Source of the DNA: Longimicrobiales bacterium
Lineage (GTDB): Bacteria > Gemmatimonadota > Gemmatimonadetes > Longimicrobiales > RSA9
Direction of reading: 5' to 3'
DNA: 64,000 nucleotides
Assembly (NCBI GenBank): GCA_035461245.1
Contig: DATHVP010000030.1
Span: 19,991-83,990 of the forward strand
Shown: positions 1 through 9,971 of the stretch, one piece after another
How positions within the stretch are numbered: the first letter of the stretch is position 1
How the letters are laid out: every line of letters begins with the position of its first letter
The notes under the pieces: model-generated
Databases searched by the model: none
What the model was told of the DNA's origin: nothing
The model's input: only the letters and a program-made list of their open reading frames with translations
Made by a program: the position numbers and the translations under genes

Positions 1-2
1 TG

Positions 3-1331
3 ATGCTGCTGGGGCCGGCAACGGCCGCGGCCCAGAGTGTCCGGGGCCGCGTGCTGGATGCCGAGTCCGGCGCGGCCGTTGCCAGTGTGCGTGTGGAATT
101 GCTGCTGCCGGATGGCGTCATTGCAGCCGCCGCGGTGTCCGGCAGCGACGGCGGATTCCAGCTCGCTGTGCACTCCGCCGGCGAGTACCGCCTGCAGGCG
201 AGTCACCTGGGATACCGGACAGCGACCACGTCGCCATTCCGCATGGAACTGCATGAGCAATTGCTCGTGGACGTGACGATCTCTGCGGCGGCCATTCCCC
301 TCGAGCCGCTGAGTATCACCGGTCGGCGTCGGGACCCGCGCCATGACCCCAGTGTGGATGGGTTTTACGCGCGGCAGCTGCTGCTGCCGCCCATAGGCAG
401 CTCTCGCATCCTCACCCCGCTCGATCCGGAACTGGCCAGCGCCCGGGACGCCCGGGACGTGCTGACCTGGCTGGCACCCTCCCGCGTGTTCCGCGGCACC
501 GCCACCACCGAGGGACGCGGCTGCCTCATCATCTACTGGAATGGTAACCTGGTGCCGTCCGAGGACATCGCCGAACTGTGGCTGGAGACGCCGACGGACC
601 AGCTGGAAGGCATCGAGTACTACCGCACCCTGACAGACGCGCCTTTGCCGTTCCGCACCGTGCCGCTCTACCTCATGGAGTGCCCGCTCCACAGCGTCCT
701 CGCACTCTGGAGCCGGACCGGCTACTACGGGGCGCCCGTGCGCGACCTGACGCCCGGCAGTGGACGGATGAATGTCGCGGCCGTGTTCTACCGCGTTGCC
801 GGCAGCAACGCACCGGATGCCGGTGCGGGATTCGAGGTCGCCGGGCACTGGCCGGTGTCCCGCGGAATTGCCGCCGGGCTCGTGCTGCGTCGTACCGGTC
901 ACAACGTGCCGGCCGCCACTACTGAAGCAACGGTGCCCGAGGAGGGCAACCTGCCCTTCGTCACACCGCCGGGCAGACGGCCCATGACTCTCTGGACCGG
1001 CGGCCTGGAAGGCCGCCTGCTGCTGCCGGGCGTCGGCGCCGTTCGACCCGTACTGGGGGCGCGCCTGCTCATCGCGCACCGGACGCTCACCCTGCAGTCC
1101 ACGTCCCAGGGCAGCGCTGATGCGCCCGTCACGTCCTGGGGCCGGGCCGTTGGCGTGAGCGCGGGGGCCGAGACCATGCTCCTCGGCCGCTTCGCCCTGA
1201 ACGTTTCCGCCGGACACGATCGGCTGTTTTTCGACCCGTACGACGACCTGGAGAGACGCTGGAACCCCACGGCGTCACGGTGGGGAGGCACGTCGCTCCG
1301 TATCGGTTTCGGCTACGCGATTCAGCGCTGA
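3..1331 (+). CDS. CarboxypepD_reg-like plus TonB-plug-like domain protein with a beta-rich C-terminal region; probably 5' truncated by the window edge
   Basis: The ORF begins at the window edge. Its N-terminus reads like the end of a signal peptide (LLGPATAAAQ). Next comes VRGRVLDAESG...GGFQL...GEYRLQASHLGYR (carboxypeptidase-regulatory-like signature) and a plug-like segment (CLIIYWNGNLV...QLEGIEYYR). It is a paralog of 9972-10832. Confidence 0.6.
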   Translation: MLLGPATAAAQSVRGRVLDAESGAAVASVRVELLLPDGVIAAAAVSGSDGGFQLAVHSAGEYRLQASHLGYRTATTSPFRMELHEQLLVDVTISAAAIPLEPLSITGRRRDPRHDPSVDGFYARQLLLPPIGSSRILTPLDPELASARDARDVLTWLAPSRVFRGTATTEGRGCLIIYWNGNLVPSEDIAELWLETPTDQLEGIEYYRTLTDAPLPFRTVPLYLMECPLHSVLALWSRTGYYGAPVRDLTPGSGRMNVAAVFYRVAGSNAPDAGAGFEVAGHWPVSRGIAAGLVLRRTGHNVPAATTEATVPEEGNLPFVTPPGRRPMTLWTGGLEGRLLLPGVGAVRPVLGARLLIAHRTLTLQSTSQGSADAPVTSWGRAVGVSAGAETMLLGRFALNVSAGHDRLFFDPYDDLERRWNPTASRWGGTSLRIGFGYAIQR

Positions 1332-1426
1332 ATGTTGCCGTGGCCGGTCCGGGTTCCTTATGATCCCCGAACCTGCCGCGCAGCGGAACCGGCTGCGCCC
1401 CTGCCATTGCACGCCTGGAGGGCACG

Positions 1427-1804
1427 ATGCTGAATGTCGGACGACGGACGTGGATCGCACTGGTCGTGACGCTGCTGATGACCACTGGCTGCGCCTCGGG
1501 AGGCCCGGCCATGGAAGGAGACAGCGCCGCCGCGACGGAGGGCACCGTACTGCGCGTCCACAACACCGATGAGGCCGGCCAGCAGCTGACCATCTACCTC
1601 GTTCCCCCCGTCGGCGAGATGAAGCGCATCGGTACGGTGGCGCCACAGCAGTACCTCACGGTGACCCACGAGGATGGCCAGGGCCGGTTTTCCCTCCGGG
1701 CCGAGCGGCCTGATGGCAGTCGTATCACGTCGCCGACATTCAATGTCGTGAGCGGCACCTACACCTGGGACATCGCGTTGCGCCGGGTTGACCGCGCCCG
1801 CTGA
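1427..1804 (+). CDS. small hypothetical lipoprotein
   Basis: N-terminal signal with a lipobox-like LLMTTGCASG, then a hydrophilic beta-rich body of 125 aa. No recognisable family. Confidence 0.55.
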   Translation: MLNVGRRTWIALVVTLLMTTGCASGGPAMEGDSAAATEGTVLRVHNTDEAGQQLTIYLVPPVGEMKRIGTVAPQQYLTVTHEDGQGRFSLRAERPDGSRITSPTFNVVSGTYTWDIALRRVDRAR

Positions 1805-1873
1805 ACGCGGCATCGGGGGCAGCCGCCCGGTGCATGGCGCGGCTGCCCCCGCGACTTCATCCAATAACTGAGT

Positions 1874-4090
1874 ATGCCATCGGTGCGCGGCGGCTTTGCG
1901 CTATGGGCCGGTGCGCTGGCCCTGGCCCTTGCATTCCTGGCCGTGGACAGTGCGCACCGGCTCCGATCCATCGGGCTGCTGTCGACGCTGCGAATCACCG
2001 ATGCGCCCGCGCCCGCGGCAGACCCGATGTCTCCAACCGGGTACGAGGCGCGACAGCACCGCCTTGTCCTGCCCCCCGCGGGCACGGACGGGTACCACTG
2101 GATCATGCAGACGGAGCGGATGCTGGCGGGCGACGGACTGCGCATACGGCATAGCGAGGTGGACAATGCGCCGGACGGCCGCGAAGTCCACTGGAGCAGC
2201 CCGCTGCGCTGGTGGCTGGGCGGGCTGGCCCTCGTTCGCAAGGCGACGCACCCTCATCTTACACATGCCCGCGCGCTGGAGCAGGTTGCGCCCGCCGCTG
2301 GCGCCATGCTCCTCGCCGCACTGCTCCTGATTCTCACGCCGCTGATCGCCCGATGGTTCGGCGCGCCGGCGGCCGCCGTGTTCGTCCTGGCCTGGGTCGG
2401 CGTGTTTCCCCTCTATGAAGCGTTCATGGTGGGCATCGTGGACCACCACGGCATGCTGGCCGTGTGCTGCTTCCTCGGCCTCGTCCTGCCGGTGCGCGGT
2501 GGCAGCGGATGGCTCGAGGATGGCCGGTCGCCCCACCGGGTACGACGGTGGTTTGCCGTGGCCGGTGTCGTATCCGGAGTGGGGCTCTGGATCAGCGCTG
2601 CCGTGATGCTGCCGGTCATCATCGCCACAGGGGTGGCGGGCGTGCTGGCCGCCGCTCTGACTCGACCGGAAGCGCCGGGCGGTGCCGGCCCACGTCGCGC
2701 ACTGATGCCCGACCTGTGGCGCGTCTGGGGCGTGGCCGGTGCCGCCACCGCCTTCACGGCCTGGCTGGTTGAGTACTTCCCCGGCGACATGGGCATGCGC
2801 CTTGAAGTGAATCATCCACTCTACGCCCTCGCGTGGATAGCCGGCGCCGACCTGACGTCACGCCTGGCCGGTTGGCTCGGCGAGTCCCGGACGAAGGCGG
2901 TCCCGGGCGCCGGGGGGGGCGGGGAGGATGGCCCGCCTGGATTCCGTGATTTCCTGCGCCGGCACGGGCGCTGGGTGCTGCCCGAACTCGGCGTCCTCCT
3001 GGCCGTCCCCGGCATCGTGCTGGCTACGGGGGCGGCCACATTCGGACTGGCTGACCCGTTCCTGCGCGGACTGCACCACCAGTTCATTGCCGAGTTTCAG
3101 ACCCTGCCCAGCCATCTTACGGGCGCTTCGGCCCTGCATATCGTGCAGGGTACCGGTCTGCTCCCGCTGGCGCTGCTGCCCCTTGCCGCGCTGGTCCTCA
3201 AGGCCTCGGGTAGCCGGGCGGGTATGCGGGTCCTCGGCAGCGCCATGGTCCTGGCTGGACTGGCATTTGTCCACGCCCTTGCCGTGCCCGTCGCGGCAGG
3301 GCTGGTGCCGGGGAGCCGCACCCTGGTGCATCTCGCTGCTCTCGCCATCACTGCAGCGACCTTCTGCCTGCTCTTCCTGCTGCCGTACCGCAGGATCGTG
3401 GTGAGCACGGCCGCTCCGCGCCCGGGCCCTGCGTTGGTTGCGGGCACCATCCTCACGGTCGTGCCGGCCCTGGTCCTGCTCGCGCTTTCCTTTGCACAGG
3501 TGCGCTGGATAGGAAGCGCAGCCGCGGCCACTCTCGCGCTGCTCGTCACCATGGCACAAGGCTGGGCACAGGCCTCCGGGAACGGGAGGCGCGCCGTCAC
3601 TGTCCTCCTCATCGCCATGCTCGTGCCCTTTCCGCTTTTGACGGCGGCCTTCCCCTGGCGCCACGGCTACGCCGGACCGGACGATGCCCCGCAACTCGCC
3701 GTGCGGGACGCCGCCTACACACTGCGGCACCACGCCGGCGGCCGCGACGCCGTGGTCCTCAGCGGACCCACCACCACCAGCTGGCTCATCTGGTTCGGCG
3801 GGTTCCGCGGCGTGGGCACATTGTACTGGGAGAACGTCGAGGGGCTCCGGGCAGCAGCTGACCTTTTCAGGACGGAGTCGGCCGAAGAGCTGAGGCTCCG
3901 CCTCCGACGGCTCAATGTCAGCTACATCGTCGCGCCCTCATGGGACCCCTTTGCCGCCAGCTTTGCCCTGCCACCGGGAGCCGACAGCTACATCCTGCCG
4001 CTGGAATTCATGACGCCCGTTGTCGCCGCACTTCGCGGTACGTCCCTGCGCCTCTACGAGGTCCGACACGAGGACCCGCCTCGCGAGTAA
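1874..4090 (+). CDS. large polytopic membrane protein, possibly a GT-C-type membrane glycosyltransferase (function uncertain)
   Basis: 738-aa ORF with many hydrophobic helices (LLLILTPLIARWFGAPAAAVFVLAWVGVFPLY, VLLAVPGIVLATGAA, TFCLLFLLPY) and a soluble C-terminal part of about 130 aa. GC3-rich codon usage matches the neighbouring genes. Confidence 0.7.
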   Translation: MPSVRGGFALWAGALALALAFLAVDSAHRLRSIGLLSTLRITDAPAPAADPMSPTGYEARQHRLVLPPAGTDGYHWIMQTERMLAGDGLRIRHSEVDNAPDGREVHWSSPLRWWLGGLALVRKATHPHLTHARALEQVAPAAGAMLLAALLLILTPLIARWFGAPAAAVFVLAWVGVFPLYEAFMVGIVDHHGMLAVCCFLGLVLPVRGGSGWLEDGRSPHRVRRWFAVAGVVSGVGLWISAAVMLPVIIATGVAGVLAAALTRPEAPGGAGPRRALMPDLWRVWGVAGAATAFTAWLVEYFPGDMGMRLEVNHPLYALAWIAGADLTSRLAGWLGESRTKAVPGAGGGGEDGPPGFRDFLRRHGRWVLPELGVLLAVPGIVLATGAATFGLADPFLRGLHHQFIAEFQTLPSHLTGASALHIVQGTGLLPLALLPLAALVLKASGSRAGMRVLGSAMVLAGLAFVHALAVPVAAGLVPGSRTLVHLAALAITAATFCLLFLLPYRRIVVSTAAPRPGPALVAGTILTVVPALVLLALSFAQVRWIGSAAAATLALLVTMAQGWAQASGNGRRAVTVLLIAMLVPFPLLTAAFPWRHGYAGPDDAPQLAVRDAAYTLRHHAGGRDAVVLSGPTTTSWLIWFGGFRGVGTLYWENVEGLRAAADLFRTESAEELRLRLRRLNVSYIVAPSWDPFAASFALPPGADSYILPLEFMTPVVAALRGTSLRLYEVRHEDPPRE

Positions 4091-4512
4091 TTTCCGCTGA
4101 GCAGATCAGCTTTACCTCTTGCGGCGCCAGGTGAGCGGGTGTAATCTGTCGACAGTTGCTCGCAAACTTCCGAGCATGAAGGACACCGCCCCGAGCGGTG
4201 CACCGACAGCCCGTCGCCCGGCTGTCATCAATACAATCGCTGGCGTAAACGGTCCGATGCCAGCCTGACCCTGAAATCACAGCGAAGCGTCACGACCCCA
4301 CGTGTGGCAATGTCACGAATCAGGCACTTCAATCGTTAAACGTTTAAGCGTGCGCTGTTGTATGCAAAGCCGCCTGCCCGCTTGAATACATGGCCCGCCC
4401 ACCCCGCGGTTTCCGCGAGGTGGAGCACTTCAGGGCGACACCGGCCGATGACCGGCCGTGCAGTTTTTTGCAAGTCGCAGCAACAGTTCTCCACCTTTTC
4501 GAAGGAGGCCGT

Positions 4513-7500
4513 GTGACTCCCCGCGCCATATTGCTGGCTGCCGCGCTGATAGCCGCTGCAGCCGTCCCGGCGCAGTCCCAGCAGCAGACGGGACAGCTGA
4601 TTGTAAATGCCCGGGACAGGTTGTCAGGTGAACCGCTGAGTGGTGCCCAGGTCTCACTGCAGGGTGCCCGCGAGGCAGGTGGCGTGACCGACGAGCGGGG
4701 GCGCTTCATGTTCCCCGCGCTGCCGGCAGGCACGTACACCGTGCAGATTACCTTCATCGGCTACGGTGACGCGCGCCGTAACGATGTCGCGATCCAGGCG
4801 GGTCAGACGACGACCGTGAATTTCGAACTGGAGACGGCAGTCCTGTCGCTGCAGGAGGTGGTCGTCTCCGGTGTCATCGATCCGACGGCGGGCATGAAGC
4901 TGCCGTTCACGGTGTCGAAGGTCTCCACTGAGCAGCTGCAGGTGCCGACGGTGAACTCGGCGCTTGCGTCCATTCAGGGCAAGGTGGCGGGCGCCAACAT
5001 CCAGCGGGCCAGCGGCCAGCCGGGGGCGGGCGTCAACATCATGCTGCGCTCGGCGACATCGTTCGAGGGCAGCAACAGCCCGCTCATCGTGGTGGACGGC
5101 GTGATCATCGCCCGCGACCTGAACCGCACCACTGCGGACATCGAGGCGCTGGACATCGTTGACATCGAGATCATCAAGGGCGCCGCGGCGGCGTCCCTCT
5201 ACGGATCTCGTGCCGCCGCGGGCGTGGTGTCCATCACCACGGACCGGGGCCGCAACACGCCCCAGAACCAGACCCGGGTGTCGTCGCGGACAGAGTTCGG
5301 CAGGGATTTCCTGGCGGGCCGGACGCCGGTGACACATTCGCACCATTACCTGATGGACGCTGCCGGCACGACGCTGCTGAACTCCGACGGCGAGCCGGTG
5401 GGCTGGGGCGGACGCACGGCGCGGACCGTCAGTGAATACGGCGGCGGCGCCCGGATGATGGACCAGGCGTACCCCGGGCAGATCTATGACAACCTGGCGG
5501 CGGTGTACAATCCGGGTCAGTACCTCAACCAGAACTTCACGGTCTCCCAGAACACCGAGAGCACGACGTTCCTGGTTGGGATCACCCGGCTGGACCAGGA
5601 GGGCGCACTCGCGAACAACCGCGGCTTCTGGCGCAACACGGGCCGCTTCTCCCTGGACCACCGTGTGGGCAAGCTGAGCCTGTCGTTCACCGGCGCGCAC
5701 ACCCGGCAGTACCGGGACGAGATCTCGGGCAACCCTTACACGTCAGTGCTGACGTACCCGGCCTACGTGGACCTGACCCGCAAGGGCCCCGACGGCCAGT
5801 ATCTCCAGCAGCCTGATGAAACGGTGGAGGTGGAGAACCCCATCTGGCGGCAGTCAACCCGGGACAACTACACGGCCCGTACACGTACCCAGGGCAGCCT
5901 GAGTGCCCGCTACGCGCCTGTGAACTGGCTCATGGTTGATGCCCAGCTCAGCTACGACCGGGCGGACGGCAAGGAGCAGGTCTACGTGCCCAAGGGCATC
6001 CCCGACCTGACCGGCGAGGAATCGTCCGGTGGCCGGCTCGACCTGCTGCACCGTGAGAACAACGCCTACAACGGCGCGGTCGGGGCCACGTTCCTGCGCC
6101 AGTTCGGCGAACTCAACACCCGCGTCTCCGCTCGCGGCACGTTCGAGCAGGAGAACCGCGAGACATTCAACGCCGACGGCCGCGACTTCCTGGTCACCGA
6201 GATCCGGGACCTTACTGCGGCTTTGACCCTGTTTGACATGCAGTCGTCCACCAGTGACGTGCGCGCCAACGGCATGTTCGTGGACGTCGGTCTGGACTAC
6301 AAGGACCGCTACATCGGCTCCTTCCTCGTGCGCCGGGACGGCAGTTCGCTGTTCGGGCCGCTCGAGCGGTGGCACACGTACCGTCGCGCCAGCGCGGCGT
6401 ACCTGATCTCCCGCGAGGAGTGGTTCCGCGTCCCCTTCATCGACGAGTTGAAGTTCCGGTATGCCATGGGTGAGGCTGGTGGCCGGCCGGGATTCGCGTG
6501 GCAGTATGAGACATGGCTTGTCAGCCGCAGCGCGGGCCTGAGCAAGAGCACGGCCGGTAACCCTGCGCTGAAGCCGGAGTTCACCCGCGAGCATGACTGG
6601 GGCATCGACCTGATTGCCTTCGGCAACCGCATGCAGCTGGAACTGGTGTACGCGAAGCAGCACACGAAGGACAACATCATCGTGCTGCCGGCCACGGTCA
6701 TCAGCGGCTACAACAGCTTCCGCGCCAACGCCGGTGCCATGGAGGGCCGCACGTATGAGATGACGCTGACGGCGTACCCCATCCGCCGGCAGAACCTGAC
6801 ATGGAGCATCAATGCCATTGCCGACAATTCCCGGCACACCCTGACGGAGTGGGGTCGCGCCTGCTTCTGGGGCTCCAACGCAGGGCGCACGCACGAGTTC
6901 ACCTGTGCCGGCGAACAGGCCGGTAACTTCTGGGTGCAGCGCACGGCCCGCTCGCATGACGAGCTTCCGTCCTGGCTGCAGGACCGCCGTGACGAGTTCG
7001 ACATCAATGACGAGGGCTACCTGGTGTGGGTCGGTCGGAGTGCCGATGGCACGCCCAACACGTGGCGTGACGGCATCAGCACGGCGGCGGACGCCCAGGC
7101 CTGCGCCGGCAGCGCCGGCAGCATCAGCAACGGCTGTGGCTGGGGCTCGTTCTTCTCGGAGAACGGCTTCACGTACCGCTGGGGCGAGCCATTCCGTGCC
7201 TGGAACGAAGAGGAGGATCAGGTCCATCGCGTACTGGGCGGCAACAGCCTGCCGGATCTCGGCTTCGGCTTCGGCTCGAACCTGCGCTATCGCGGCTTCT
7301 CCACCTATCTCGGCTTCCGGGGCCAGCTCGGCGGCAAGGTCTACAATGACGCCAAGCAGTGGTTCTACAACCAGCTGCGCCACGGCGACCTGGACCAGAT
7401 GGGCAAGGCCGATGAGGCCAAGAAGCCACTGGACTACTACCAGCGTGGCCTCGCCAACGGCAACTCGGGCTGGGTTGACACATTCCTCGAGGACGGCACG

Positions 7501-7737
7501 CACCTGAAGCTCGGTGAGGCCCGCGTCTCGTATCGTTTCCAGCAGGACCAGCTGCGCCGACTGTTTGGCAGCCTGGCGCCGAGCCAGCTGACGCTGGGCG
7601 CCAACGGGCGCAACCTGTTCACACTGCAGAAGTACAGCGGGCTCGACCCAGAGCGCGGCTCGCCGCTCTCCCGTGTCGAGAGCGTAGGCTACCCGCACCT
7701 GCGGAGCTTCACCATGACCCTCGACATCGTCTTCTGA
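4513..7737 (+). CDS. SusC/RagA-family TonB-dependent outer membrane receptor
   Basis: GGAGG at 4504-4508 precedes GTG 4513. Signal peptide AILLAAALIAAAAVPAQSQ, a CarboxypepD_reg-like segment (GQLIVNARD...GTYTVQITFIGYG), a plug (IEIIKGAAAASLYGSRAAAGVVSITT), a long barrel and a terminal TLDIVF. The ORF-track start at 4390 adds an extension that does not look like a signal peptide. Confidence 0.85.
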   Translation: MTPRAILLAAALIAAAAVPAQSQQQTGQLIVNARDRLSGEPLSGAQVSLQGAREAGGVTDERGRFMFPALPAGTYTVQITFIGYGDARRNDVAIQAGQTTTVNFELETAVLSLQEVVVSGVIDPTAGMKLPFTVSKVSTEQLQVPTVNSALASIQGKVAGANIQRASGQPGAGVNIMLRSATSFEGSNSPLIVVDGVIIARDLNRTTADIEALDIVDIEIIKGAAAASLYGSRAAAGVVSITTDRGRNTPQNQTRVSSRTEFGRDFLAGRTPVTHSHHYLMDAAGTTLLNSDGEPVGWGGRTARTVSEYGGGARMMDQAYPGQIYDNLAAVYNPGQYLNQNFTVSQNTESTTFLVGITRLDQEGALANNRGFWRNTGRFSLDHRVGKLSLSFTGAHTRQYRDEISGNPYTSVLTYPAYVDLTRKGPDGQYLQQPDETVEVENPIWRQSTRDNYTARTRTQGSLSARYAPVNWLMVDAQLSYDRADGKEQVYVPKGIPDLTGEESSGGRLDLLHRENNAYNGAVGATFLRQFGELNTRVSARGTFEQENRETFNADGRDFLVTEIRDLTAALTLFDMQSSTSDVRANGMFVDVGLDYKDRYIGSFLVRRDGSSLFGPLERWHTYRRASAAYLISREEWFRVPFIDELKFRYAMGEAGGRPGFAWQYETWLVSRSAGLSKSTAGNPALKPEFTREHDWGIDLIAFGNRMQLELVYAKQHTKDNIIVLPATVISGYNSFRANAGAMEGRTYEMTLTAYPIRRQNLTWSINAIADNSRHTLTEWGRACFWGSNAGRTHEFTCAGEQAGNFWVQRTARSHDELPSWLQDRRDEFDINDEGYLVWVGRSADGTPNTWRDGISTAADAQACAGSAGSISNGCGWGSFFSENGFTYRWGEPFRAWNEEEDQVHRVLGGNSLPDLGFGFGSNLRYRGFSTYLGFRGQLGGKVYNDAKQWFYNQLRHGDLDQMGKADEAKKPLDYYQRGLANGNSGWVDTFLEDGTHLKLGEARVSYRFQQDQLRRLFGSLAPSQLTLGANGRNLFTLQKYSGLDPERGSPLSRVESVGYPHLRSFTMTLDIVF

Positions 7738-7755
7738 CGAGCGGAGGAATCAGGA

Positions 7756-9411
7756 ATGCTGAGATATATCCGAGCGGTTATGGCAGTCGTGCTCGCCGGT
7801 AGCATGAGCGCCTGCCTGGACCTCGACGTGACGAATGAGAACCTGCCGGACCGCAGGCGCGCGCTCTCCAATGCGGATGACGTGGAGAGCATCCTCGGCC
7901 TGAGCACGTGGCGGCGCTGGTATCAGCCGATGCACAGCCTCGCCAACATCGCCAACCCGTTCCCGCTCATTGCGGGAGAGGCCGGTACGACGGCGACGGT
8001 CATGAGCGTGCACTGGGCGCAGGATCCGCCCATCCCGTACCGCAATGACGAACTGGCCTCACAGGTCTGGATGCCACGCCACGGCTACGACCAGTGGTCC
8101 CAGTGCGTGTCCAACGCCAATGACGCCATAGCCCAGATCAACGAGGGCATGCGCATCATGACCACTGACGGCGAGGGGACGACGATCGCGGACAACACGG
8201 ATCGCGCCTGGTCCTGGGGCAAGCTGTGGCAGGGTGTCTGCATCGGTTACCTGGCCAACTTCCTGGACCGTTTCCCCATTGCCACCGAGGAAACGGAACT
8301 GCCGTTGCGCTGGGAAGACCTGGCCGAGTGGGAACGCAGCCAGATGCTGGAGCGGAACGCCAGCCAGCACCTGCCACTGGCCATCGAGGCCATCGAGGAT
8401 GCCATCCAGCGGATGGAGACCGGCGATCAGTGGCAGCTCCCGCCGACGTGGGTGCCTGGCCAGACGTACAACAACCAGGACATCATCGAGCTGGCGCATA
8501 CGATGATCGCCCGCATCCTCATCTACCACGCCCGAACGCCGGCTGAACGGGCCGCGGTAGACTGGGACAAGGTGCTCTACCACACCGAGCGCGGCCTGAC
8601 CTACGACTGGGGTCCGGTGCTGCAGGATGGCGTGATAACGGACCCCAGCTATCTGGCCCGTCTCAACAACACGGGTTCCGGCAGCTTCCGGATCAGCTAT
8701 TACACCATCGGGCCAGCGGACCAGTCCGGAGGCTATCAGAACTGGCTGACCACGGAGCCGCGTGAGGACGCCGACCGCTTCCTCATCGAGACGCCGGACC
8801 GGCGCATCACGGGTGACACGCCCACGTCCAACGGCGCGTACCTGCGTTACGTGACGGCGACGGGTGGCTACAACACGCAGATGGGGCTGCAGTACCGGAG
8901 CTGGTACGGCTGGTGGCGTCGCCTGAACTATCAGGGCGCGAACCACCTGGCTGGCCACTTCGCGCTGGCCACCGCAGACGAGAACCGGCTCTACCGGGCC
9001 GAGGCCATGCTGCGCAAGGGAATGCTGCAGGAGGCAGCAGACCTCATCAACGTGACCCGCACACGAGGCCATTCCGTGGGTACCACCGTGTGGGCAACGA
9101 ACCTGCCGCCGGTAACGCCGGACGGCGTCCCCGAGGTGGACGGCCAGTGCGTGCCACGTCGGGCGAACGGTGAGTGTGGCGACATCTGGGACGCGCTGAT
9201 GTACGAGCGTGACATCGAGCTCATGGGCATCGAGCCGACCCGCGCATGGATGGACCGGCGTGGCTTCGGCCAGCTCCGTGACGGCGTGTGGGTGGAATTG
9301 CCCATCCCGGCACGCTACCTGTCGTCACTGGGCGTGCCGACGTATACCTTCGGTGGAGTCGGCGGTGACGGCGCTGCCGTCTGCACTGCGCCGCTGACCT
9401 GCCTGCCATAG
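7756..9411 (+). CDS. SusD/RagB-family outer membrane lipoprotein
   Basis: Starts 18 nt after the SusC-like gene. Lipoprotein signal MAVVLAGSMSAC. Its size and the helical C-terminal segment LYRAEAMLRKGMLQEAADLINVTRTRG are typical of SusD partners. Confidence 0.8.
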   Translation: MLRYIRAVMAVVLAGSMSACLDLDVTNENLPDRRRALSNADDVESILGLSTWRRWYQPMHSLANIANPFPLIAGEAGTTATVMSVHWAQDPPIPYRNDELASQVWMPRHGYDQWSQCVSNANDAIAQINEGMRIMTTDGEGTTIADNTDRAWSWGKLWQGVCIGYLANFLDRFPIATEETELPLRWEDLAEWERSQMLERNASQHLPLAIEAIEDAIQRMETGDQWQLPPTWVPGQTYNNQDIIELAHTMIARILIYHARTPAERAAVDWDKVLYHTERGLTYDWGPVLQDGVITDPSYLARLNNTGSGSFRISYYTIGPADQSGGYQNWLTTEPREDADRFLIETPDRRITGDTPTSNGAYLRYVTATGGYNTQMGLQYRSWYGWWRRLNYQGANHLAGHFALATADENRLYRAEAMLRKGMLQEAADLINVTRTRGHSVGTTVWATNLPPVTPDGVPEVDGQCVPRRANGECGDIWDALMYERDIELMGIEPTRAWMDRRGFGQLRDGVWVELPIPARYLSSLGVPTYTFGGVGGDGAAVCTAPLTCLP

Positions 9412-9493
9412 GCGGCTGACGGGCGGCGAGTACGGTGGGTGGAGCCCGCGCCTGTGCGGGCTCCACCTTCACTCACATGTAGCGAGGTAGGAA

Positions 9494-9964
9494 ATGCTGC
9501 AACGTTTGGTGCTGCTGCTGGTCGTGCTGGGCCTGGCCGCCTGTGCATCGGGCCGTGGTGGCACTCCGCTGTACCGGCGGGACATCGGCACGGCCACGGG
9601 GCCGGACGCCATCAACCTGGCGGAGCAGGTGATCCATCGATACGGCTACCAGATCGAGCAGGCGGACACCACGCCTGCAATCCACATTGTCACCCACTGG
9701 CGTCCTCGCCAGACCATGCAGGACGAGCAGGCCCTGGGCATCACGGCAGCAGAAAACCGGATCCTCGTCATGGGACGGGCCCGTGGCCTGACGGAGCTGG
9801 GCGGACTGTACCACCTGACCATGACCATCGAGAACCGAGTCCAGGTGGCAGGTGAGGCCAACTGGACGGAGACGCTGAACACGGAGATGTTCCGGTCCTA
9901 CGCGGATGGGATTACGGACGATTTCCGGCAACTGGTGGCGAACATAGGCGTTCGCCGCTTCTGA
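9494..9964 (+). CDS. small hypothetical lipoprotein
   Basis: Signal plus lipobox (LLLVVLGLAACASG), 156 aa, no recognisable family. Confidence 0.55.
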   Translation: MLQRLVLLLVVLGLAACASGRGGTPLYRRDIGTATGPDAINLAEQVIHRYGYQIEQADTTPAIHIVTHWRPRQTMQDEQALGITAAENRILVMGRARGLTELGGLYHLTMTIENRVQVAGEANWTETLNTEMFRSYADGITDDFRQLVANIGVRRF

Positions 9965-9971
9965 GGCGTTC

